Shown: positions 28,272 through 35,446 of the stretch, one piece after another
Numbering within the stretch: the stretch's first letter is position 1
Layout of the letters: every line of letters starts with the position of its first letter
NCBI GenBank assembly: GCA_964596605.1
Contig: CAZQUJ010000002.1
Coordinates: forward strand, 1-37,558
Reading direction: 5' to 3'
Length of the DNA: 37,558 nt
Source of the DNA: an uncultured Candidatus Saccharibacteria bacterium
GTDB lineage: Bacteria; Patescibacteriota; Minisyncoccia; Phycocordibacterales; UBA9973
Notes under the pieces: model-generated
Databases searched by the model: none
What the model saw: the letters and a program-made list of their open reading frames with translations, nothing else
Told to the model about the DNA's origin: nothing
Made by a program: the position numbers and the translations under genes

Positions 28272-29129
28272 TTATTTTTCTGTTTTACTTTTATCTCCCC
28301 ATTGCCACCTTGGTTTTTCTCCTTTTAGATAGCATACCCAAAATAGAATTCCAGTCATTGCAATTATAATAATTAAGTTCTTAATCCATTCATGGTCCAT
28401 TTTTGCAATGCTAAAATAAAAAACAATAACCCAGGTGATTGTGGCAGCCCAGCCTTGCCAGGTGACTGGTGTCCAACCATATCCATATCTTTTTCTTTTA
28501 AACCAAATTTTATTCTCTGCTGACAATTTTACTTCTAATCTTTTTTCTAACTCATCTCTAAAAGATTCATTGTCTTTGTATAAGATAGGGGAGAACCCTA
28601 TAGCTTCTGAATTTTTTAGAGAATTAGGTGCGTTGTCTACAAAAATGGTTTCTTCTGGTTTAACATTTAATTCTGTAAACGATAGTTTAAATATTTCAGG
28701 TTCTGGTTTTTGACAATTGACTTCTGATGAAATAATAATTGAATCAAATAAATCTAGTATTCCTTGATTTTTAATCTTACCTCTTAATTCTAGTCCATAA
28801 TTACTAATTAAACCTATCTTGTATCCTTTGTTTTTTAATTCTTTTATTATTTCTACTAATTCTGTATTTATTCTATATCCGTTTTTCTGATCATCTAACA
28901 TTTTTAATACTTGTTTTCTTGAATCTTCGGAGTCATTAAATTTAGAAGAAACTTCTAAAAAATATTCCTGATATGTTTTTCTACCAGTACTAGCTTCTCT
29001 ACTTCCTGAATACCACTCTTTACTCCAATCTTCTCTGGATGCCCCGAGGTATTCTCTAACTTTACTTAGAGTTCTTGATTCGTCTCTTTCTATTACTCCA
29101 TTGTAGTCAAATATTATTGCTTTTATCAT
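28272..29129 (-). CDS. HAD-superfamily hydrolase fused to a C-terminal two-helix membrane anchor
   Basis: HAD motif I variant IIFDYNGVI, motif II LISNYG and motif III/IV region FVDNAP. The tail has two hydrophobic helices (WAATITWVIVFYFSIA, LIIIIAMTGILFWVCYL). Confidence 0.72.
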   Translation of the reverse strand: MIKAIIFDYNGVIERDESRTLSKVREYLGASREDWSKEWYSGSREASTGRKTYQEYFLEVSSKFNDSEDSRKQVLKMLDDQKNGYRINTELVEIIKELKNKGYKIGLISNYGLELRGKIKNQGILDLFDSIIISSEVNCQKPEPEIFKLSFTELNVKPEETIFVDNAPNSLKNSEAIGFSPILYKDNESFRDELEKRLEVKLSAENKIWFKRKRYGYGWTPVTWQGWAATITWVIVFYFSIAKMDHEWIKNLIIIIAMTGILFWVCYLKGEKPRWQWGDKSKTEK

Positions 29130-29135
29130 AGATTA

Positions 29136-29141
29136 ATTATA
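29136..29141 (-). promoter_or_regulatory. TATAAT box 6 nt upstream of the HAD gene ATG
   Basis: The minus strand reads aaacTATAATtaatctATG, with no SD. Confidence 0.3.
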
Positions 29142-29239
29142 GTTTATTATTGAAATAAAACATAATTTTAGAAAAACTAACCATAAGTTTAATTTGTGGT
29201 CGCCTTTTATAATCAATTTTAATTTAGTATTATTAATGT

Positions 29240-30007
29240 ATGTATAAAACATTTACTGCAGAAGAATACAGGAAACTATTTTCTTTACCTGAAGACTATA
29301 GCGTAGAAGGTCTTCTTTCCTATGGTGGATGGAAGGAGGAAGAAATAAGAAATGAAATAAAACAAGTTCTAATTAACAATAAAATTCCTCATGTCATAAA
29401 AACTCTTGATGGTTTTCTTTCTAGGGTTATGGAGATAAAAATAAATAATAAGAACTATTGGTTTGTTGTTGAGTATGGGGGAGCTGGTCTTTCAGAAGCT
29501 GTGCACTTGGCAAGCTTGTTTGGATCAAAGAAAAATATCCATATTGGAAGTTGTGGTGGCTTGTCTACCGAAGTGAATTCACTAGATATAATAATACCAA
29601 CTTTTAGTTATGGTAATGAAAGTACCACTAGAATGTATGATAAAGAGGCTAAAGACTTCAAGCATTTTCCAGATGAAAAACTCTCAAATTTATTAGAAAA
29701 ATATATTGATCATAAATACAATATCAAAAAGGGTCCAATTATTACCAACCAAGCCATGTTAGGTGAGTCATTTGAAGATATAGAAAAGTGGTCAAAGGCT
29801 GGATATTACGGAGTTGAAATGGAAACCTCCACATTTTTTTCTGTTTCAAATTATTTTAATGTTCCATCTGCCGCCCTTGTTTATGTTTCGGATAATTTGG
29901 TTAAAGGACAAACTGTTGAAGATGAAAGTCACTCCAATCAACATGAAGCCAGACAGGAAGTCAGGAAACATCTTTTTGAAATTGTTTTAAAGAATATTTT
30001 TAATTAA
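29240..30007 (+). CDS. nucleoside phosphorylase (PNP/UDP phosphorylase family 1)
   Basis: 255 aa. Motifs GGAGLSEAVHLASLFG, IGSCGGL and GVEMETSTFF. Confidence 0.72.
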   Translation: MYKTFTAEEYRKLFSLPEDYSVEGLLSYGGWKEEEIRNEIKQVLINNKIPHVIKTLDGFLSRVMEIKINNKNYWFVVEYGGAGLSEAVHLASLFGSKKNIHIGSCGGLSTEVNSLDIIIPTFSYGNESTTRMYDKEAKDFKHFPDEKLSNLLEKYIDHKYNIKKGPIITNQAMLGESFEDIEKWSKAGYYGVEMETSTFFSVSNYFNVPSAALVYVSDNLVKGQTVEDESHSNQHEARQEVRKHLFEIVLKNIFN

Positions 30008-30113
30008 ATTTAAAACAAGCGTTGAACATCTCGGAGCCAGAGATTTTTGATTCCTTACCCTGTAATACTATTTTAGTTATTTTTAATATGTCAAAACGAC
30101 ATGTCAAGGGCGA

Positions 30114-31157
30114 CTAATTTTTTATACTTTCTATAGCTTTTTGTGGATCAATAATTTTTAAACCTTTATTGTTTGTTCTTGCTGTATCTTTTAATATTTT
30201 TATCATTTCTTCCATAGTTAGGTCATTTCTTACTTGCAACATTAATGCAAAGATACCTGATAGGTATGGGATTGACCAACTTATTCCTCCTTGACCATGG
30301 AACTCATATCCATCATTTTTATTTTCATCTTTTTTATTCCAAGAAGAAGCTATTGTTCTGTAATCACATGGAACTATCGTTTTTCCTTCAAAAAATTTCC
30401 TAGCTTTCTTATCTTCTTGAACATATAACCATTCTTCGTAGGTATCAAAATCATCTTTATCTGTAAAACTTCCACCACCAACAAATCCAGATTCAAAAAT
30501 AGTATTTGAGTCAAGAAAAATTATTCCACTTTTTCTAGCTTCTTCAATTGCCTTTTTATATAAAGATAAATCTCCTTTAACACGCGGATTAGGATAACCC
30601 AAACTACAACTTACTATTCTTATTTTGTTTTCTAATTTTTTGTTATCTTCAATAATTCTATTTAATGCTTCTGACTTGTCTCTCCAATTACTATTATTAC
30701 CAGATGGGGTAGCTTTGTAATAAAGATTTGATTCTGGGGCCACTCCACAATTTTTACCAACCAACAAGCTAGAAACACCCGGTCCGTGCATACTTATTCC
30801 TGCATCAGCATTTCCTATTTCTTCATAACTTGAAATTCTATCAGAATACTCACTGTGATTTGTATCTAGTTTTTGATCAATTATGGCAACATTTATACCC
30901 CTGCCTGTAATTCCTTGATTATGTAGTTCTTTTAAACCCAAACCCGGATTTTTTGAGCCTTCTAAAATAATTTCCGGATTAAAATTATTTGGAAGTTTCT
31001 CTTGACTGGGCCATATTGTTTGGTCGCTGAAATCCATTGTTTTTAGAATACCAATAGGAACATATCTAAAATCTTTATTAGATAAGTCTATGTTCCTATA
31101 ATCTTCAAATTTTTTAGATTTTGGAGCTTGCTCAAAAAAATTAAATTTCATAAACAT
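30114..31157 (-). CDS. S8 (subtilisin-like) serine peptidase, no signal peptide seen
   Basis: The catalytic order is Asp (GINVAIIDQ), His (SMHGPGVSS), Ser (GGISWSIPYLSG). The true start may be the third codon, ATG at 31149-51, which lies 6 nt after a TATAAT. Confidence 0.65.
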   Translation of the reverse strand: MFMKFNFFEQAPKSKKFEDYRNIDLSNKDFRYVPIGILKTMDFSDQTIWPSQEKLPNNFNPEIILEGSKNPGLGLKELHNQGITGRGINVAIIDQKLDTNHSEYSDRISSYEEIGNADAGISMHGPGVSSLLVGKNCGVAPESNLYYKATPSGNNSNWRDKSEALNRIIEDNKKLENKIRIVSCSLGYPNPRVKGDLSLYKKAIEEARKSGIIFLDSNTIFESGFVGGGSFTDKDDFDTYEEWLYVQEDKKARKFFEGKTIVPCDYRTIASSWNKKDENKNDGYEFHGQGGISWSIPYLSGIFALMLQVRNDLTMEEMIKILKDTARTNNKGLKIIDPQKAIESIKN

Positions 31158-31319
31158 ATTATATAGCCAAACAGTATAAATTAATAGTTTTTGACATATC
31201 TCAAGCGCAATAACCCTTGTTCTTACTGGCTGTTGATCTAGGACTGTAATAATATTATAAATTATACTCTTTTAGATATTTTTTACTAAAAAAATTAGTT
31301 CTAATCCTAAACTAATTAA

Positions 31320-31357
31320 TAAAAAATAAACCCACCTAAATCATCAGATGGGTTTAT
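31320..31357 (-). terminator. rho-independent terminator after the TrpF-like gene
   Basis: A 9-bp stem pairs ATAAACCCA (31326-34) with TGGGTTTAT (31349-57). On the minus strand it is followed by a T-run. Confidence 0.55.
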
Positions 31358-31377
31358 TATTATTTTAGCATTAAGAA

Positions 31378-32148
31378 CTATTTAAAAAGTTGTAAGGCTT
31401 TTACGAGGTATGTTTCAGCCATATTCCAATCAATTGGGTCCAGAGCGTTACCACTTTGTCTGAGTTTACCTTGAGCATCAATTGAGATGTCAGAGAATTT
31501 TTCAAACAAGGGTTTTACGAGATCAATAGTGTCAGGACCAAGTCCTCCAGCTACAACAATCCCAAGATTAGGAAATTCTTTTTTTATGGCTTCAACAAAA
31601 GGAACAAGTCCCAATGCATCCATACCCAAACCTCTCCCCATACTTTTATCAAGGAGAACATGACTGATGATACCATCATAGTTTTTTATTCTCTTAACAA
31701 TTTCTTGGGGATCATTATTGGCTTGTTCGATAGCATTTTTACCTACCTGCAAAATAACTTCCAACTCTTTTTGAGAATTTTTGATTGCTTCAAAAACATG
31801 TTTTGGATTTGGCCAAACCATATCAAGTTGTAAGGCGTTGATACCTTCACCACCGAAACTGATTGCCTGAGTAATGCTTTTGGTAACATCAATCTCATCA
31901 TAATCTGCATAATGCAGACAATTCATTGTTTCCTTAGAACTAAATATATCTGCAATCTTTTCCTTGGAAGGAAAAGCTGTAGACCATTTTGTTTCTAAAT
32001 TATGAAGAGTTTTATAACTCATCATTACACCAACATGTAGTCGACGTTTTTGTCCTACCCCAAGATTTTTTTTAAAGACTCTGATCATATTTTGAACCTG
32101 ATCAAAAGTCATAAAATCGGTGATACCGATATACGGAATACTACTCAT
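31378..32148 (-). CDS. TIM-barrel protein, phosphoribosylanthranilate isomerase (TrpF)-like
   Basis: IGITDF, ALQLD, HVLLDKSMGRGLGMD and VVAGGLGPDTI line up with my recollection of the TrpF blocks CGLT, AVQLHG, VLDNGQGGSG and LAGGLxxDN. Confidence 0.5.
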   Translation of the reverse strand: MSSIPYIGITDFMTFDQVQNMIRVFKKNLGVGQKRRLHVGVMMSYKTLHNLETKWSTAFPSKEKIADIFSSKETMNCLHYADYDEIDVTKSITQAISFGGEGINALQLDMVWPNPKHVFEAIKNSQKELEVILQVGKNAIEQANNDPQEIVKRIKNYDGIISHVLLDKSMGRGLGMDALGLVPFVEAIKKEFPNLGIVVAGGLGPDTIDLVKPLFEKFSDISIDAQGKLRQSGNALDPIDWNMAETYLVKALQLFK

Positions 32149-32406
32149 AATTATCTATTTTTAAATGATTATTTCATTTATAACATTACTCGTTAATCAG
32201 ACTAAGTCAAGTTAAAAATAAAAGAACAAATATAGGACTCGAACTTTTATATTCCCTATAAAATATAGATATTAATTTTTGATGTGTTTAGAACTAGAAA
32301 ATCTGCTTTACAAAATATACACGCGTCCTGGTCCTTCGATAAAAAACTAAACTACTGACTGTATTTGAAAACGTTAGAAGGAAATTGCTTTAAAAACAAT
32401 AATAAA

Positions 32407-32904
32407 TTACGGGTAATATTTTATCTTCGTTGATTGAATTTCTTTTAAACCGTCGTAAATTAGTTTTTTTTCGTCAAAATTTTCTGAGACATATCCAATG
32501 GTAATATGAGGAACGAATGATTGCATTGTTTTTAAATTAGGTGATATATATTTTTTAAATTGATCATTCATAAATTTTAATGTTTCGGAGTCATCCTCAA
32601 TTGAAAGATAGATAATCTTTGCGTGATGTTCTTTTATGCGGAAACAACCAATACCGCCTATTTTAATAATTGGCGAAACAATATTTGCCACTTCTTTAAT
32701 AATTTGTTCTTTATATGAAGTATCTACAGGAATTCCGTAGCAAACAGTTATATGGGCATCATCCACCACTAGCCCCCCTATATTTTCTCCATTAATTTCT
32801 CCAAATATGTAATTACTCGGATCAATATATTTGTCACACCATTTGTGCAATGATTCTTTAAAATTTAAATCAAATTCTATTTGTATGTATCCAAAATTTG
32901 TCAT
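32407..32904 (-). CDS. 2H phosphoesterase (LigT/ThpR-like 2',3'-cyclic phosphodiesterase / 2'-5' RNA ligase superfamily)
   Basis: 165 aa with two HxT motifs about 80 residues apart (DDAHITVCYG and VPHITIGYV). The start lies 1 nt from the stop of the upstream nucleotidyltransferase gene. Confidence 0.7.
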   Translation of the reverse strand: MTNFGYIQIEFDLNFKESLHKWCDKYIDPSNYIFGEINGENIGGLVVDDAHITVCYGIPVDTSYKEQIIKEVANIVSPIIKIGGIGCFRIKEHHAKIIYLSIEDDSETLKFMNDQFKKYISPNLKTMQSFVPHITIGYVSENFDEKKLIYDGLKEIQSTKIKYYP

Positions 32905-32905
32905 A

Positions 32906-34165
32906 TTAATTTCTTAACAATATTTGCTCTGGATTATCAGAATTACTTCTTGTAAATGTAACCATGTTATCCTTTTCATTATAATCAATGTTATTTAGGT
33001 AGTTTAAATTCTGTCCCGAAAGTATCTTATGGATTACCTCCTTGTTGTTTTCTATTTTAAGCCCAGCTTTGATTGAGAGACTAATCAATAATTTATGATC
33101 AATAGAAATAGTTGTCCATATGGAATAATTATAATCCACAAGATCCCGCACCATTTTTACTAAATCTTTCAAATCGTTTGAAGCAATCGCATACAAACGC
33201 GAACCATCAAATAAACAGCATGATTTTATCAATCCATTGTCATATTGATTAAATACAACCGAGTTCACTTTTCTTGAGTCTAGCTTAAAAGGATCAAACC
33301 TTTTACCGTATTTTTCTTTTACGAATTCTTGAATATTTTTATATTCATCACAAGATAACTCACTGAGATTTTTTGATGAATACCCCTCAGTAACATTAAG
33401 TTTATATAATTTTGTTTCCAGTCCTTCAAAAATACTCTTCTGTTTTTCAGAAAAATAATTAATTGCTTGCGAAGAATTTATTTCACACAATAAACTTTTT
33501 AATTTTTGTTTTTTTCCCGGATTGTTTAAAAAATATTCATAAACATATTCAACCCCATCTTTAATTATTTTTTCTGTTTCTTGTGGTATTTTTATATCTG
33601 GGAGACGTGCTATTTGTTTTAAAGCAGAGAATATTTTCAATGGATCTTTTTTGGACACATCAGGATTTGAGAATTGTAATATTTTCTTTTTAATTGAAAG
33701 AGCGATATCATTATCTACTATGTTTTTATTATTTATATTGTAGGCACAACAATTTAAATTAATGTCAGATTGAGATATTAGTTTCTCAATTTTGATATTG
33801 CTGATAAATTTTAGCTCTATTATTTTCTTATCTAAATAAAAATAAAGATATTCTCCTCCCTCATCAAAAAAATATTCCTTATCTTGAATTGATGGTTCTG
33901 AAATTTCAGAATATCCCGATTTTGCCAATAAATCTACAATTTCCTCCTGGCTTCCACGGGTGTACACATCAAGATCACTGCATTTTACAGATTTTTCTAA
34001 TATAATATCTCTTATTGATCCTCCGATGAGATATGATTCTGGTGGTAAGATTTTTGATAAATCGTCAATTGGTAACTCGGTAAGTATTTTACTTTCAATC
34101 CGAATAATTTCTTCTGGGGAATTTTCTTTCGAACCAGATGTTTCTTTTTGATTACACCCTTCCAT
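32906..34165 (-). CDS. class II nucleotidyltransferase (CCA-adding enzyme / poly(A) polymerase family head) with atypical C-terminal domain
   Basis: YLIGGSIRD...DLDVYT (GGxxRD + DxD), SDINLNCCAYN (compare RDFTINAMA) and DPLKIFSALKQIARL (compare EDPLRxLRAxRFA). The last ~170 aa are not obviously the helical body/tail. Confidence 0.72.
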   Translation of the reverse strand: MEGCNQKETSGSKENSPEEIIRIESKILTELPIDDLSKILPPESYLIGGSIRDIILEKSVKCSDLDVYTRGSQEEIVDLLAKSGYSEISEPSIQDKEYFFDEGGEYLYFYLDKKIIELKFISNIKIEKLISQSDINLNCCAYNINNKNIVDNDIALSIKKKILQFSNPDVSKKDPLKIFSALKQIARLPDIKIPQETEKIIKDGVEYVYEYFLNNPGKKQKLKSLLCEINSSQAINYFSEKQKSIFEGLETKLYKLNVTEGYSSKNLSELSCDEYKNIQEFVKEKYGKRFDPFKLDSRKVNSVVFNQYDNGLIKSCCLFDGSRLYAIASNDLKDLVKMVRDLVDYNYSIWTTISIDHKLLISLSIKAGLKIENNKEVIHKILSGQNLNYLNNIDYNEKDNMVTFTRSNSDNPEQILLRN

Positions 34166-34171
34166 ATCAAT

Positions 34172-34180
34172 ACTATACCA
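34172..34180 (-). promoter_or_regulatory. extended -10 box TGgTATAGT, 6 nt upstream of the nucleotidyltransferase ATG
   Basis: The minus strand reads atgGTATAGTattgatATG, with no SD. Confidence 0.4.
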
Positions 34181-34351
34181 TATATAAAATATAGAAACAA
34201 AAACTTTATTTCCTAGTTTCTGAGTCTAAACGGGTTAGCTTTATTTCGTCAGAAGGGTGTTATTGGACGTGTCTTGAGCTGCGCACGAGTTGGCTGTGTC
34301 TCCTGAATAAAATCCGAAATTTTTTCCAACAAAATCCTGATTCAGAATTCT

Positions 34352-34407
34352 AAAAAAGGACTCGGCAGGGCGAAACAATTTTTCTGGGGTTTTGGATTCG
34401 CCCTGCC
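34352..34407 (-). terminator. terminator-like hairpin within the GC-rich non-coding patch
   Basis: A perfect 11-bp stem pairs 34364-34374 with 34397-34407. On the minus strand it is followed after 6 nt by TTTTTT (34352-57). A competing helix pairs 34368-79 with 34414-27. Confidence 0.4.
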
Positions 34408-34465
34408 TCGGCTATTGTTTCCCGCCCGCATTTCTCCCCAGACCCCTATTCGGGCTAGTCATTCT

Positions 34466-34503
34466 ATAGGATATACTGACAAAAAGTGATTACTTGACAG
34501 CTG
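34466..34503 (+). repeat. 38-bp perfect direct repeat, copy A (ATAGGATATACTGACAAAAAGTGATTACTTGACAGCTG)
   Basis: Identical to 35447-35484, checked base by base. The flanking bases differ on both sides. Confidence 0.95.
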
Positions 34504-34778
34504 AGCCAAAAACACTGTTAGTGAACGGAACGGAATAGCAATTTTTCACTACAAACTCATTATATCTTTTTGTCTGTCTTTTGACTATTATTTTTCACAG
34601 GGTTACACTTTATTAGGTCTGTTTTGTTTAAATCTTAAGTTCTTTGATGTTCATATATTGTGTCCTCCATTATTAAAATTTAATTCACCAGATTTTTGTT
34701 TGTTTAAAGAAGTAAATAGTTTAAATTTAGACCATATACAAATTGGTTTTTTATAGTTAGATTTATCCTATCAAATTC

Positions 34779-34808
34779 TTGACTTGTAGTAGACAAAAAG
34801 TTTATAAT
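34779..34808 (+). promoter_or_regulatory. sigma70-like promoter TTGACT - 18 nt - TATAAT
   Basis: -35 at 34779-84 and -10 at 34803-08. It points toward the structured segment and terminator at 34815-34901. Confidence 0.4.
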
Positions 34809-34814
34809 AATAAT

Positions 34815-34901
34815 GTGCTTGAGGGGCGTCAGCTCTATCTGGCCAAACTCTTGAGCTAGAGACAAGCACACTAAAAATCGTCACACTAAGTGGCGTTTTT
34901 T
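34815..34901 (+). ncRNA. candidate ~87-nt small RNA, convergent with the 167-aa ORF
   Basis: A promoter lies upstream. A long imperfect hairpin pairs GTGCTTG (34815-21) with CAAGCAC (34863-69), with inner pairing AGCTC/GAGCT. It is followed by a terminator hairpin, CGTCAC-ACTAA-GTGGCG plus TTTTTT. Confidence 0.3.
34873..34901. terminator. bidirectional terminator (AAAAAT-CGTCAC-ACTAA-GTGGCG-TTTTTT)
   Basis: A 6-bp stem (one G-T pair) is flanked by an A-run and a T-run. It lies 6 nt beyond the TAG stop of the 167-aa ORF. Confidence 0.6.
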
Positions 34902-34906
34902 AGTTT

Positions 34907-35410
34907 CTAATCATCATCATTTTTAAGACCACAACCAACTGAATTATTAATTATTTTTATATCCCTATATTGTCTTAATATCCATGCAGGAATTACACTG
35001 AAAAATTCTACTTTTCCATTTCCTACTTGTTTTAAAACTACCTTAACTCTGAATTTATCAATAACCGCTACGAACCCCCAGTATTTTACAACTAGATTTA
35101 CAGAAACATATCTGCCGTGTCTATTTACTCTTGTATATTCAATATCTTCCTCAAATTCTTGAAAAGTTGTAGCTACTTCTATTATATGTTTTGCTTTTTT
35201 AAGTAAATCAAACCTAAGAATCTGGGTCTTTTCATCTCTTTCCTTTTTTGCATTTTTATATATAAGATGGTTGAAACCATTTGAAGTAAAATGAACATAT
35301 AAGCCAATAGCTGGAGAAAAAACTTTGGAGAAGGAATCATATAGTTCTTTTGATTCTTTCTTTATTTCCAAATAGTTTTTAACTCGTTCATCGATGGTTT
35401 TACCACTCAT
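34907..35410 (-). CDS. hypothetical protein, 167 aa (possible small RNase-toxin-like fold, weak)
   Basis: Clean ATG. A TGgTAAAAT box lies 7 nt upstream and a terminator lies downstream. The N-terminus is helical and the C-terminus is beta-rich. I recognise no motif with confidence. Confidence 0.6.
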   Translation of the reverse strand: MSGKTIDERVKNYLEIKKESKELYDSFSKVFSPAIGLYVHFTSNGFNHLIYKNAKKERDEKTQILRFDLLKKAKHIIEVATTFQEFEEDIEYTRVNRHGRYVSVNLVVKYWGFVAVIDKFRVKVVLKQVGNGKVEFFSVIPAWILRQYRDIKIINNSVGCGLKNDDD

Positions 35411-35417
35411 GTGTATG

Positions 35418-35426
35418 ATTTTACCA
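35418..35426 (-). promoter_or_regulatory. extended -10 box TGgTAAAAT, 7 nt upstream of the 167-aa ORF ATG
   Basis: The minus strand reads caTGGTAAAATcatacacATG. Confidence 0.4.
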
Positions 35427-35446
35427 TGAGTTTTATAAAATTTAAA

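Noticed and set aside
32225-32262. A tRNA-like fragment, TAGGACTCGAAC, resembling the T-arm region of tRNA-Gln. It might mark a distal att site.
   Set aside because: Only about 12 nt are similar, there is no acceptor-stem match, and it cannot be folded into a T-arm. It is better explained as a local hairpin (TATAGG...CCTATA) or as chance.
34272-34280. A 9-nt identity (TCTTGAGCT) between the candidate sRNA (34849-57) and the GC-rich patch, suggesting sRNA-target pairing.
   Set aside because: A single 9-mer match between about 90 nt and about 700 nt has an appreciable chance probability, and there is no extended complementarity.
34345-34431. A 29-codon minus-strand ORF (MRAGNNSRGRANPKPQKNCFALPSPFLEF), and a 16-codon ORF from the ATG at about 34460, inside the GC-rich patch as leader peptides.
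   Set aside because: Neither has a convincing SD or correctly spaced -10 box, and their composition is dictated by the hairpin arms. The RNA-structure explanation is stronger.
34633-34668. A strong GGAGGA on the minus strand (34661-68), followed 8 nt later by ATG.
   Set aside because: The ORF is only 8 codons (MNIKELKI), and most genes here appear to lack SD elements. It is likely fortuitous.
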